A DNA stretch of 62,935 nucleotides, counting the filler, from Octopus bimaculoides (Eukaryota), in assembly GCF_001194135.2 (NCBI RefSeq). It is 5 parts of 4 records of this genome, joined end to end, with 100 filler letters (N's around TTAATTAATTAA, not from the genome) between each part and the next. Parts side by side here need not be neighbours in the genome. Positions count along the whole stretch, not along the records: positions 1 to 15,628 come from NC_069009.1; positions 15,729 to 27,904 come from NC_068996.1; 3 more parts are not named here. One strand, given 5' to 3'. Below the pieces are notes generated by a model. That model made no database searches. It was not told where the DNA came from and worked only from the letters and a program-made list of their open reading frames with translations. The position numbers were made by a program, and so were the translations under genes. Below are positions 14,073 through 26,314 of this stretch, piece after piece. Numbering within the stretch: position 1 is the stretch's first letter; each line of letters starts with the position of its first letter.

Positions 14073-14487
14073 ATTCATATACATGTGTGTACATACACCA
14101 TGTTGGACAGCAGAACTCTACAGTACTTTTTTTTGTCACTCTGTTTTTTTTTTTAATTCTCTCTCCAATTTTTCCCTCTAATTCCTTTCTGTCAAAGAGC
14201 ATGGGCTTGGAACACAAAAGAAATTTTCATTTTCCTTGAGTGTCAAACTAATACACCTGCTTGTTGTTCCTACACCTGTCTTCTATTTTTCTGTAAATTT
14301 GATCTATATATACTTTTAAGAGGTTGTGGACCAACAGGTTTTTGGGGTCTGACAGTATGCCATAAAGCTAAACCCTTTCTGGACAGCAAACCTAAGTAAT
14401 CCCATAAACCAGCCTTCTCCATTTTTAATATATACTGCTATACATATCTTAGCGTGTGCTTCTTCTTTCAGATTTGTTTTCTACAAA

Positions 14488-14526
<39 letters not shown>

Positions 14527-15336
14527 NNNNNNNNNNNNNNNNNNNNNNNNNNNNNNNNNNNNNNNNNNNNNNNNNNNNNNNNNNNNNNNNNNNNNNNNNN
14601 NNNNNNNNNNNNNNNNNNNNNNNNNNNNNNNNNNNNNATATATATGTATATATATATAGGAAAATAAAAAATAATAAGGCAGAATGCTAAACTAAAAGCA
14701 TATTTTAATATAGATGTGCATAAGGAGGATTAAAAAGGATTTCAAACCAGCTTTCATTGCATGGCAAATTTTCAAGAAGAGGGAGAATGAAAATGTTTTT
14801 TACAAAAAAATAAAAAATAATATATAAAAAAATAAATATACCAATACATTATATTGTCTTTGAGCTTTTAAAGTTCAATGGTAATCCATGTACATAACGG
14901 TTAGAAAGAGTAGGATGCATGGAATTAAGAGTTGTGTTGTGTTTTAAAAAAAGTGGCTGAAAGTTTGTGTTAAGCAGGAAGTGTGGTGTCAAAACACGAA
15001 GTGTGTGTAAGGGAAGACAATTCAGTGGGTTTTATACTCTTTAGTTGGAGTTCTGGACTCTAACCTCACCATTTACTGACTTATATATATATATATATAT
15101 TAATAAATTTCAGGGAAGTAAAAAACTATTTAGAAATTTTCTGTTACCAGTGGTCTAGCATGAAGAAGAAAGTTAGTCAAAAGACTATATATTATTCATA
15201 TAAATACTGTGTACATTTAAATACATAAGAGATCTCTTATGTGTACTTAAATGTACACTGTATTTATACACACACACACACATATACACACATGCATATT
15301 TACATATACATCCATATATATTCACATATATATATT

Positions 15337-15561
15337 GTACTGCGCTGGTATGGACATGTGGTGAGAATGGAGGAGGATAGCTGCGTGAAAAAGTGCCACA
15401 CCCTAACAGTTGAGGGAACCCGTGGAAGAGGTAGGCCCAGGAAGACCTGGGCTGAGGTGGTGAGGCAAGACCTTCGTACACTGGGCCTCACCGAGGCGAT
15501 GACTACGGACCGAGACCTTTGGAAATGGGCTGTGCGTGAGAAGACCCGGCAAGCCAAGTAA
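15337..15561 (+). mobile_element. RTE LINE 3' end, 5'-truncated, joined to a SINE family 2 head
   Basis: LRWYGHVVRMEEDSCVKKCHTLTVEGTRGRGRPRKTWAEVVRQDL...DRDLWK is a canonical RTE C-terminus. Confidence 0.9.
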
Positions 15562-15728
15562 GATCGTTGCCAGTGCCCCTGGACTGGTTCTTGTGCGGGT
15601 GGCACATGAGATGCACCATTTTGAGCGTNNNNNNNNNNNNNNNNNNNNNNNNNNNNNNNNNNNNNNNNNNNNTTAATTAATTAANNNNNNNNNNNNNNNN
15701 NNNNNNNNNNNNNNNNNNNNNNNNNNNN

Positions 15729-15925
15729 CTGTTTGTCCCCCACTTCCACTTGACAACAGGTTTTGGTGTGTTTACATCCCTGTAATTTAGCAGTTCAGAG
15801 ACCAATAGAATAAGTACTAGGCTTAAAAAAAAGTTCTAGGGCCAATTTGTTCAAGTAAAACCCTTCAAGGTGGTGCCCCAGCATGGCCACAGTCAAATAA
15901 CTGAAACAAGTAAAAGAATAAAAGA
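15729..15925 (+). mobile_element. SINE family 1, 3' half
   Basis: TTTGTCCCC...GGTGTGTTTACATCCC...AATAAGTACTAGGC...CAGCATGGCCACAGTCAAAT. Confidence 0.75.
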
Positions 15926-16586
15926 TAAACAAAATTTTGAGTCAGTTCATGTTCTGGATCTAGTTGGTTTGGCTGCCAGCATTTCAAAAATTAAAGTTTA
16001 TCAAAAATTTTAAAATTTGGTACATTAATATACTTTTCCAAGCTGAATTGCTAGAGTTATTTCACTTTATCCAGAAAAATGTTTTTAAAAAGTTATAAAG
16101 GTTGATCACTTTCACCCAGTCAGGAAACAGGGTTTGGAAGCTGTCATTTTGTGCATGACTGTATGTGTTGTCAACATTCTGAAAATAGCACGTGTTTTTA
16201 TATGAAACTTTAAACAAATCAAATTCTGCTTAATGTACAACATATCACCTTTCGTAACTTTTTTAAAATTTCGAATTTTCAGAAAATTTTTGCAAACTTG
16301 TACTCTACACACAGGAATTCATACAATTATGCAAAAACAATTTTTTAAGTGGGGTGGGTCTTGATTTAAGGCCTATTTAGCTGTTATTTTTAGCACATCT
16401 CACAACTAGGGTACAAGCAACAGAACACAGCGTCAACGCACTTAGCATCATGTAGAATATATTTGTCAACACATGCTTTCTCACTGACAAAAGAGTTCTC
16501 ATGTTTGCCTTGATACTATGGAAACAGACATGAATGAGTCTGTGGCTTACGATTGGCTAAAATTACCCAAAATTTTCAAACTTTAA

Positions 16587-16807
16587 CCCTTTCGTTACCA
16601 ATCCGGCTGAAACCGGCTCTGGCTCTGTAGTACAAATGTCTTGTTTTCATAAGTTCTGAATTAAAATCTTCCACCAAACCTTAGTCACAATTTATGTTCC
16701 TAACACTAGCTGAATGATAACTAAGTTATTTTACTAAATTCTTTGTTATATTTAAAGTAATTGAAAGAAATATAGAGCATCTCAAAATAAATACAGTAAC
16801 GAAAGGG
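16587..16807. mobile_element. piggyBac-like MITE (221 bp)
   Basis: Perfect terminal inverted repeats CCCTTTCGTTAC / GTAACGAAAGGG, flanked by TTAA on both sides (16583-86 and 16808-11). Confidence 0.85.
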
Positions 16808-17259
16808 TTAATAGCTACTAATTCTTTATTTATTGATAATGAAAATGATTTTCACATCATTCATTAGCCTATAAAAGTGTACCATTACACAGAATATGAA
16901 GTCAATTCGAACAGAAAATGATGCTGGCAGCCAAACCAACTAGATTCCATGCTCAAAACACCTATTTAGTTGTGAGAATGGTAGGGAGAATAGATGAACT
17001 TAGAGTAATAGTGGACAGACTTTTAGCTGAAGTAACTGGAAGTCATTGTTGCTGAAATGCAGATAAGGGAGATTATCAGTGAGGAGTAGGGATCCTTTCA
17101 ATGTACACAGATACCACTTTCCAGATGAAAAACAGAGTATAGAATGTAGTTTTAGCAGCAGAGAAAGGTTAGAGACAGAGAATGAGAGATTCATATTCCT
17201 GAGGATCAAGCCTTTTGTTTCCATATCTCTTTTGAAATATACTGCCATCCTTCTAATTA

Positions 17260-17600
17260 ATGTTGAGACTTATGAAGAATTTAGTAAAAATACCATTGCC
17301 ATAATTAAGCTGGTGTTTGGAACATAAATTAGCATGAAGTTTTGATGGAAGAAGGTTTTAATTATGATTACTTTAACCCTTTTATTACCATATTTCTGTT
17401 ATAATACACTACCTTCATTTCAATTAATTCGGAAAATAATGAAGTGTTTAGTAAAATATCTTCACTATTATTTATCTGGTATTTGGAATATAAATTGATA
17501 AAAAATTTTGATGAACTGTTTTAATTTAAATCACTTTGAAACAAAGTTTGCATCATATAATAAGGGTCGCTTTTAGGTGGGTTGTAGTCAAACGTGTTAA
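17260..17600. mobile_element. Degraded or nested relatives of the TTAA-CCC MITE
   Basis: TTAACCCTTTT start, with internal segments matching the reverse complement of 16650-16780; similar pieces at 26470-26610. Confidence 0.5.
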
Positions 17601-18244
17601 ACCATAACATCCTACAAAAAATACAATGGCACTGCACTAGGCCGCCAGTCTAGAAGCATAACCTTCTTTATCTTCATTTTAAAAGAAGTGATGAACTATT
17701 TAATGTAAAGAAGAAAGTTTTAACCCTGTCTGCTATCATTTATTTTCTCTCCTGTAAAGAAATCTTTATAGTACTTGGGCTTTAACTCAGAAAATCTTTT
17801 AGGCAAGATATTAACAAATATCTATTGCATATGTGTAAGTTGGAGGTAATAGTTAGGGGTGAAGCAAGCACATATGGAGAAATATCAACAAATTTATCTT
17901 TTTATAGATGTTATTGCCTTGTTTAATTTGAAGTTTGCTTTGTGTGTGAGAATTCAGGTGAAGGAGGAGACTCTCAGTCATAAATTCAATCCTATTTTAA
18001 ACACAACAGCTGGAAGTCAGCAGTAGCAGCAGGGTGAGGAATTTGTACACACATGGACAGATGTGTGTGTGTGTGTGTGTGTATATCCACATCATTGTTT
18101 GAGTAAAGAATACACTTTGAAAAGTACACAAAAAGAAGAATAGTAAATATTAGAAAAGTTAGAATTTTATTCGATTTTATTAAAGATAGACTAATTTTCA
18201 ATGACAAATAATCATAAAATAAATGGTGATGGTGGTGGTGTGTG

Positions 18245-18480
18245 TGTGTGTGTCTGTGTGTTCTTTTTTTTAAATCAATATCGATACTTATTTTGTTACA
18301 TCCATTGATCTTACAAATAGTTTGTGAACAAACATGTTGTTGGATAAAGGTATTTTTTTTTATGTGTGTGTCTGCATGTTCTTTTTTTTAAATCAGTATC
18401 GATACTTATTTTATTACATCCATTGATCTTACAAATAGTTTGTGAACGAACATGTTGTTGGATAAAGGTATTTTTTTTTT
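18245..18480. repeat. Tandem duplication of ~118 bp (2 copies)
   Basis: TTCTTTTTTTTAAATCA(A/G)TATCGATACTTATT...GGATAAAGGTATTTTTTTT occurs twice with a few substitutions. Confidence 0.9.
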
Positions 18481-18619
18481 AAGGGACGATCACCAGTCTG
18501 CCATGTATCTCTGTTTGTCATGCAGAACAGCTACTAAAAGGTGTTTTCATTCAACACCTGATATACACTGCCGAAAAAAAAAGTACACTCACATATCATC
18601 ATCATCATTATCATCATTA

Positions 18620-19100
18620 ATCTTATCATCATTCTAACAAAGGCTTTTCCATGCTCGTACAAGTCAAATAGAATTTGCTGAAGGAAGTTTTCTATGACTG
18701 AACACCATTCCTGTCACCAATCCTCACCTGTTTCCAAGTAAGGTAATACTCCCCTATGGCCAAACATGTTTTTGTGGAAGGAACAAAAAACACTATTCAT
18801 ATAACAATGACACTTGTTTACAACAATTGCCCAATGTCAAAACAAGGAGACAACACATACACATACACAAATATATATATATATATATATCATCATCATC
18901 ATCATCATCATCATTTAGAGTCTGTTTTCCATGCTGGCATGGGTTAGATGGTTTGACTGAAACTTGTAAGATGGAGAGCTGCATCTTTGTCTGGATGCTC
19001 TTCCTAACGCCAACTACACCAAGAATATAATGGGTGCTTTTTACCTTCCACCAGTACAGAAGCTTTTATGTGCCACCGGTACAGGTACTTTTACATACTA
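18620..19100 (-). mobile_element. Two SINE family 2-type fragments
   Basis: TTTTCCATGCT...; CTGGATGCTCTTCCTAACGCC is the reverse complement of the family 2 motif. Confidence 0.55.
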
Positions 19101-19827
19101 CCATAATTGGGGACCAGTTATGTGATATTGGCATCAATATGTGCGTGTGTGTGTGTGTGTGCGTGTGATGGCTGTCCACTTATGACTGGTGAAAACCATC
19201 ACTGACCATTGTACATGTAAAATGCCAACAATGCAAGTACATGAGGTTATTGCAGCTACAATCAGCTCCACCCAGGTTCACAGCTGTGGCTTCTATGCTT
19301 ACTGTAGTTCCCTCCTAAATGACCAGCTTTGGAAACACATCTCACCACCTATTGCACAACCTAGAATTGTATGTCCAATAAAGCTTGCACAGCACCTTAT
19401 ATTCAGTGCCAAAATGGGTCATAGACTCATTAATGTGGGGGCACCATGATCTAAAGTACAAACAAAAGATCCCTAAAATGTCCAAAGCTGTTCCCTGCAT
19501 ATCTGGTTTTATATCAGAGTGACCTTCTCCTAGAGACACGCCTTAACAAAAACTGAGGGGTACCTCACTCCCAGTGGTCTGCCAGCACTCCAGTCACCCA
19601 CCTGGAATTTTTGAGGGCCTGTGATGTAGCTGCATAGTCACTGAACATACAGTAGGTTCATCTGTCCTTTTGACAGGACTTGCTTTTAGTCCTGCCAGGT
19701 TTCTGGCAACCCTCCTCATCAGGCAAGCCTAGTGAGGGTGCAGGTTTAGTTGCTAATGACCCAACCAAGCTACAGGTTGTACTGGATTCCATGTTACCAA
19801 TAGCACACGAGAGACTTCACAAATGAC

Positions 19828-19894
<67 letters not shown>

Positions 19895-19898
<4 letters not shown>

Positions 19899-20190
19899 GC
19901 GAGGTCGTTGCCAGTGCCGCCTTACTGGCTCCTGTGCAGGTGGCACATAAAATACACCATTTTGAGCGTGGCCGTTGCCAGTACAGCCAGTACAGACTGG
20001 CCTTCGTGCCGGTGGCATGTAAAAGCACCCACTACACTCTCTGAGTGGTTGGCGATAGGAAAGGCATCCAGCTGTAGAAACTCTGCCAAATCAGATTAGA
20101 ACCTGGTGTAGTCACCTGGTCCACCAGTCAGTCAAATCGTCCAACCCATGCTACCATGGAAAGCGGACATTAAACGATGATGATGGTGAT
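19895..20190 (+). mobile_element. SINE family 2, most complete copy
   Basis: GGTCGTTGCCAGTGCC...GTAAAAGCACCCACTACACTCTCTGAGTGGTTGGCG...AGGAAAGGCATCCAGCTG...(GAT)n tail. Confidence 0.8.
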
Positions 20191-20207
20191 GATGATGATG
20201 ATGATAC

Positions 20208-20266
<59 letters not shown>

Positions 20267-20804
20267 TAATCATCACCATCTATACATACATACATACATA
20301 CATACATACATCATCATCATCATTAATTAGCATCCTCTTTCAATGCTGGCAAGGGTTGGATGGTTTGACATGGAGCTGGGTAACAGGGAGCTATCCAGAC
20401 TCCCACTGTCTGTTGTGACATGGTTTCAATGACTGGATGCTCTTCCCAACACCAACCACTTAAGAGAATGTGGTATATACACACACAAGATTCTTTTATT
20501 TTCTGTCCACCAAAATCACGCACGAGGCTTTGGCTGGTCCAGAATAATAGCAGAAGATACTTGCTCAAGATTTCACATGGTGGAACAAGGCCTGAAAGCA
20601 TGTGGTTGACAAAATAATGAACAAAGCAACTTGTAGTGCAACATGCCAGAAAAACTGGTGAGATACTCATGGATGGGATGTGTTTTTTGGAATAACTGTC
20701 TCATCCAGAGCTAAGCAACAATAATAGTAACAGAATTTAAATTTCTTCATCATGAGGTAGATAATAACTGTCAGGATAATGTGCCTCAAAGTGATTGCTG
20801 TGCC

Positions 20805-21232
20805 ATGGTTACGAAGTTAATGTGCCACCAGAGCTATGAAGTTAATGTGCCACTGCATGATGTTCCACCACAACTATGAAATTAATATGCCACTGCATAA
20901 TGTGCCACCACAACTATGAAGTTGATGTGCCACTGCATGATGTTCCACAACAGCTATGAAGTTGATGTGCCACCAGAGCTATGAAATTAATGTGCCACTG
21001 CATGATGTGCCACCAGAACTATGAAGTTGATGTGCCACTGCATAATGTGCCACCACAGTTATGAAGTTGATGTGCTACTGCATAATGTGCCACCAGAACT
21101 ATGAAGTCATGCCACCACAGCTATGAAGTTAATATGTACTGCATAATGTGCTACCACAAGTATAAAGCTGATGTGCCATTGCATAATGTGCCACCACAAC
21201 TATGAAGTTGATGTGTCACCACCACTGGCACA
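20805..21232. repeat. Two-subunit minisatellite (25-bp + 15-bp units, ~40-bp period)
   Basis: TGTGCCACCACAACTATGAAGTTGA alternates with TGTGCCACTGCATAA for about 10 periods, with occasional 15-mer dropout. Confidence 0.9.
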
Positions 21233-21949
21233 GTGCCAACAAAATGGCAATTTTAGAAAGCATTAATTGTTTCCAATGGTTTGGGGGAAGGTTTAGCTGC
21301 TATTTCTGTCACTTTTCTAACACGTGGAGGTGGTGGGAGCTGTTCTATCATTGGCTTTTGTTAGAGCATGTAGTTTATTTTATAGGTCGTTATTTAAGCT
21401 ATCCCACCATGCAGTCCTCAAGAAAATAAATGCATGGAACATCATCAGCAGCAGCAGCACTACCATAACTACCACCACCATCACTGCTATCATCATCGTC
21501 ATCATTGTCAGAACCACCACCACCAGCATCATAACCATATCAAGAGTGTTGTAGTTAATGTCAACATATGACTTTAAAATGTAAAAACATTCAAGAAATC
21601 TGAAGCAAAATCCATAAAACAATATAAAGAAATCCCTGAAGGAACTATGGAATAATGTCTTTGTTTGAAAGGAGGATTAGAGCAAACAGTGGCCATCTAT
21701 CAGGTGACTTATCAGGTGTGTTTACTGAACATGTTCAGAAATCTGACCTTCCCACATATGCCAGTTCACTTATTCTTATACTACATACTGTAGGACTTTT
21801 CTACATAGTAGTTGTTCAAGCTGGTAGAAATAGCAACAAAGTGTTCCTCAAATGACATTCCACCAAAGAAAGACAACCACAAAAAAAAACTACAGCCAAT
21901 AAACCTTTTAGCATTCACAGGGTTCTGCCAAAATTAATGTTTATTTATT

Positions 21950-22168
21950 CTTTTATTCTTTTATTTGTTTCAGTCATTTGACTGCAACCATACTGGAGCA
22001 CTGCCTTTTGGAGTTTTAGTTGAACAAATTGACTCCAGGACTTATTCTTTGGAAGCCAAGTACTTATTCTATTGGTCTCTTTTGCTGAACAGGTAGGTTA
22101 CAGAGATGTAAACACACCAACACTGGTTGTCAAATGGTGATGGAAGGACAAACACAGACACAAAGACA

Positions 22169-22207
<39 letters not shown>

Positions 22208-22620
22208 CAGAGTAATCACATAAATGCAAAACAAGGTGGAAAAAATAGTAGCCGAATACCAGAGGTAGAATAATATGCTTTATTAAAAAGCAGCAAAAAT
22301 ATCACAAAACCTGTTACTCAGAGTTTCACGTTCCTGTTCGTCGGACAGTTTTGTTTCTAAACAAAACACTCCAACGAACGGGAAAATGAAACTCTGAGTA
22401 ACAGTTTTTGTGATATTTTTGCTGCTTTTTAATAAAGTATATATATATATATATATACGATGGGCTTCTTTCAGTTTCCTGCTACCACATCCACTCACAA
22501 GGCTTTGATCTGTCTGAGGTTATAGTAGAAGACACTTACCCAAAGGTTCCATGTAGTGGAACTGAAATCAGAACCATGTTGTTGGGAACCAAGCATCTTA
22601 GCACACAGTCATGCCTGCCC
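21950..22620 (-). mobile_element. SINE family 1 interrupted by a palindromic insert
   Basis: 3' part at 21950-22200 and 5' part at 22450-22620 flank the insert. Confidence 0.8.
22274..22441. repeat. ~168-bp near-perfect palindrome with two degenerate minimal hammerhead-like motifs
   Basis: CTTTATTAAAAAGCAGCAAAAATATCACAAAACCTGTTACTCAGAGTTTCA is inverted at 22387-22437; centre GTTTCTAAAC. Confidence 0.9.
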
Positions 22621-22804
22621 CAATTGTTCACATTCTTTTGAATTAATCATGCATTATGTTGTAGCTTTGATATTTGGATAAGATAACTGTCAATTTTAGA
22701 ATGACATTGTAGAGTAGGTGTGAGAGGCCAGATCTGGACAGTTTGAACATAAAACAAGTAGAATACTTCAGCTGGATGTGGCTGGTTAAAACGCTAAAGG
22801 GTTA

Positions 22805-22995
22805 ATATTGATTTCAAGTTTTCGCACAAGGCCAGCAATTTCAGGGAAGGGTTAAGCCTGTTACCTCAACCCCAGTGTTCAACAGAAAAGATGAAAGGCA
22901 ATGTTGACCTCTGCAGAATTTGAACTCAGAACATAAAGATAGACAAAATGTGGCTTAGAATTTTGCCAGGTATATTAGTGATTCTGCCAGCTCAC
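22805..22995 (-). mobile_element. SINE family 3 fragment
   Basis: AAAGATGAAAGGCAATGTTGACC is the reverse complement of GGTCGACTTTGCCTTTCATCCTTT at 36057-36080. Confidence 0.55.
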
Positions 22996-23319
22996 TGACT
23001 TATATAGCATTAATATTGATTACTATATTATACATTAGATAATGTAGTTCTAGTTACACTGTCTGAATAAAAGTAAAATGTAATGGTCACACCTAGAATA
23101 TCTTTGATCATAAGTCTGCCGGTTCAGGAGTGATCTAATATTAAACAGCAAGTACAACCACTAAGACTAATTCTTATACTCTACATTAGATATTGTAGTC
23201 ATAAATATACCAACTCTATTTAAAAAGATAGGATGATCACAGCTGGAACATCCTTAACCAAAGGTTTACAGGGTCAAGATTGTCCTGGAGTTTAAGAATA
23301 GCAACAAAGAAAGAACATA

Positions 23320-23680
23320 GGTGCAGGAGTGGCTGGGTGGTAAGTAGCTTGCTTACCAACCACATGGTTCCAGGTTCAGTCTCACTGCGTGGCACCTTGG
23401 GCATGTGTCATCTGCCATAGCCTTAGGCCGACCAAAGCCTTGGGAGTGGATTTGGATGACGGAAACTGAAAGAAGCCTGTCGTATATATGTATATATATA
23501 AATGTGTGTGTGTGTGTGCGTGTGCGTTTATGTGTCTGTGTTTGTCCCCCCAGCATTGCTTGACAACCGATACTGGTGTGTTTACATCCCTGCAACTTAG
23601 CGGTTTGGCAAAAAGAGACCGATAGAATAAGTACTGGCTTACAAAGAATAAGTTTTGGGTCGATTTTCTTGACTAAAGGT
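23320..23680 (+). mobile_element. Full-length-like tRNA-derived SINE, family 1
   Basis: GGTGCAGGAGTGGCTGGGTGGTAAG (A-box) and GGTTCAGTCTC (B-box), followed by core and body. Confidence 0.88.
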
Positions 23681-24039
23681 GAGCCAGGTATTCCTCGGTG
23701 ACACTCAAAGTTCCCCAAGAACATTGCACCTCCCCTCCACTAATCCTCCACAGAACTCATGGAATTGAAGTCACACAAGTTTGATCCTGGACAGCAGGGT
23801 TGCTCAAGAGCATGGCAACACTCACAGTGCCATTCACTCAGCCTCAGTCTTTGATTGAAACATGATTGCTGTTCGGTCAAAGTGATAAGCTGTGGGAAAG
23901 TGCTTCTCACAAACAGCGACAACACCTGTTCACCATCGTCTATGAAATGCTGGAGATGTCACAGTCTCAAAGCATGTCAGTGCATCATTAACCATGGCAT
24001 GCCCAGCCCTCCATTCAGTGGATGTTGGCAGCAAATGGA

Positions 24040-25805
24040 TCGCCTGACCAGAAGCCCATCATGTGTATGTATATATGTGTGTGTGTCTTTTTGTCTGTTT
24101 GTCCCCACCACTACTGCTTGACAACCGGTGTTGGTGTGTTTACATCCTTGTAACTTAGTGGTTTGGCAAAAGAGACCAATAGAACAAGTACAAGGCTTTA
24201 AAAGATACACTGAACCACAAAAGAAACACAAGACGTGTGCGAAATATGTGAAATATGTTTTAATTTCATTATGTCAGAGATAAATTTTGATAAATCTGAT
24301 AAAGTCAATTTCTTGGATGCATTTTGACCACAGTCTATGGGTTGTTGTCATGTGTTCTGATAGTGGATGGATCCAGCACATAGAGATTGAACGTCGTGAC
24401 ATGTTCAATACCATGTATGCCCTCTCTGGGTGTTCAAAACGGCCGTACACCGTCGGTACATGGAGTGTATGAGGCTGTTCACAAAAACCATTGGCACCTG
24501 TACCTACACCCTGAGGAAAGCTACTTCCAGTTCCACATGGGTTGTTGGCCTTGGGATCACCTAGTTCAGCCGTCTCTGGATTTCATCCCACAGATGTTCG
24601 ACTAGGTTCAAATTCAGGCTGAGAGCTGGCCATGGCATGGTTCTGGTGTTGTGCTGACACAGAAAGCCCATGGTGACCCTGGCCATGTAGCAGGGACCTA
24701 CTGGAATCTGTGGCTATGGTGACGTGCAAAGAAATGCTTGATGTGAGGTCTTAGGATCTGGTCAATGTAGCATTGTGCTGTGATGCCATTCCCTCTGCCT
24801 GCACCAACATTTTGGAACACATGAGGCCCAGTTCTTTGGGCCTCATGTGTAGCATTCACCACTCCTATGCCACATCTCTGTAGCATTCACCACTCCTATG
24901 CCACACCCTCACTTTGCTATCTGAGGAAAAAATGCAATACCAGCTCTCATTAGAAGACTATTGACTTCCATTATTGATGCCACCAATGTCAGTGCTGTGT
25001 AGCCCATTGTAGTCATGCCTGACAGTGGTGGGTGGTGAGGACAGGCCCTCGAGCAGGACGATGGCAACACAGGTTGATGGTGGCCAGTTGACATTATACC
25101 TTGTCATTGCTGATGGGTTGTTGTCCAGTGCCAATGGTCTTGCAAACTGTCACGCTGGCCGGTCTGAAGTGAACACGGAGGTGTTGCAAGTGGATGAGGC
25201 AGTCCTGCCTGGGCATGGTCACCCGGAGGCACCCTCTGCAGGCACTGTCTGCAGTATTGTTGGTGTTGCTGTATCGCTGTTGCAGGTGATAGATGGTGCT
25301 GACATGGACATTGCCAGCTTTTGCAACAACCAGGGCATGCTGCCATGCTTGCAATCAACCTATAGCTTGTTCTCTCTGCACTGCTGACAATAGGGTCATA
25401 CCCGTTGCATCCAAATTACAAATGCCAGGAATGCGGTGCAAGTTGTTTTTTATACCCATAATCTCTGCCAGATGCACATACATGTCAGTTTCCATTACAA
25501 CTGTTTGCAGCTGCCCCACGGCATTCAATGCAACTGTGTTTTGACATCTCATTTCAGGTAAAGTTGAAAGGTTACCTGCAACTGATGTCTCAGCCATAAA
25601 CCAGCATATCTTGGAATATTTACACTTACATCCCTGAAATAAATCTTCAGAATTTACGATATAAAAATGACATTTGAAAAAATCGCGTTTCTTTTGCAGG
25701 TCCGTGTAAGTACTGAGGTCGATACATTTGACTAAAAATTCTTCAAGTCAGTGCCCCAGCATGGCCTCAATCTAATGATTGAAACACACAAAATCATAAA
25801 AGGAT
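24040..25805 (+). mobile_element. SINE family 1 split by the Tc1 insertion (24040-24207 and 25707-25805)
   Basis: Removing the Tc1 and one TA restores AAAGA-TA-AGTACTGAGGTCGAT, matching the family consensus AAAGAATAAGTCCTGGGGTCGAT. Confidence 0.85.
24208..25706 (-). mobile_element. Tc1-family DNA transposon, full extent, with degraded transposase
   Basis: TIRs CACTGAACCACAAAAGAAAC and GTTTCTTTTGCAGGTCCGTG with TA on both sides (24206-07 and 25707-08). Minus strand encodes a paired-like HTH (VAKAGNVHVSTIYHLQQRY) and a DDE C-terminus (PWPALSLNLNLVEHLWDEIQR). Confidence 0.9.
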
Positions 25806-25814
25806 AATACTTTA

Positions 25815-26010
25815 TCAGTTCTACATAAAATGCACCCAGTACGCTCAATAAAGTGGCTGGTACTAGGAAGGCCATCCAGCTGTAAAAATCATGTCAAAAC
25901 AGACAATTGGAGCTTGGTGCAACTTCTCTGGTTTGCCAGCTTCTGTCAAACCATCCAACTCATGCCAGCACAGAAAATGGACGTTAAATGATGATCATGA
26001 TGATGATGAG
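25815..26010 (+). mobile_element. SINE family 2, 3' part
   Basis: TAGGAAGGCCATCCAGCTGTAAAA...GGACGTTAAATGATGATCATGATG. Confidence 0.7.
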
Positions 26011-26131
26011 TAACGTTATTTGATATTAATGCTATTCAGGCTTATATGCCCCAAAATTAGACTATTTTCCTCAGTCAATATATGATGAAGGTTTGTAATT
26101 CTATTTACAAAATTAATGTTGGAATACTTAC

Positions 26132-26314
26132 ACCTTTATTTACATCCTCTCGAATAACTTTATTTGGTATGACAGCCCGTTCAACAGGAAAAATTTCATT
26201 TCTAGTGGTTTGTTCAACAGACCCAAAAAGAAGTCGAAGTGCAAACGGTCCAAAAACAACACAAACAAACCCAACAATTAGATATTTCAAAAGCGTTACC
26301 GGATGTCTCCGCAT
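26132..26314 (-). CDS. First coding exon (61 aa) of a type II membrane protein, Golgi glycosyltransferase-like, possibly a polypeptide GalNAc-transferase
   Basis: AAAAAATG start; MRRHPVTLLKYLIVGFVCVVFGPFALRLLFG gives a short basic N-tail, one hydrophobic segment, then a polar stem. Phase-0 donor GGT|GTAAGT at 26131. A strong acceptor (TTTTTCTTTTTTCTTTTCAG, AG at 26357-56) 41 nt upstream of the ATG implies a non-coding upstream exon. The family assignment is inference only. Confidence 0.6.

Noticed and set aside
15673-15684. TTAATTAATTAA centred in N runs (also 27949-27960, 50220-50231, 59814-59825)
   Set aside because: The identical 12-mer with stops in all six frames sits inside similarly sized gaps, so it is an assembly spacer, not biology.
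19690-19745. CTGATGA...GAAAC on the minus strand as a hammerhead
   Set aside because: Stem II is only 2 bp, there is no NUH (GCA instead), and stem I does not form next to the core.
20805-21232. CRISPR-like array
   Set aside because: There are no unique spacers, the context is eukaryotic, and no cas genes are present.
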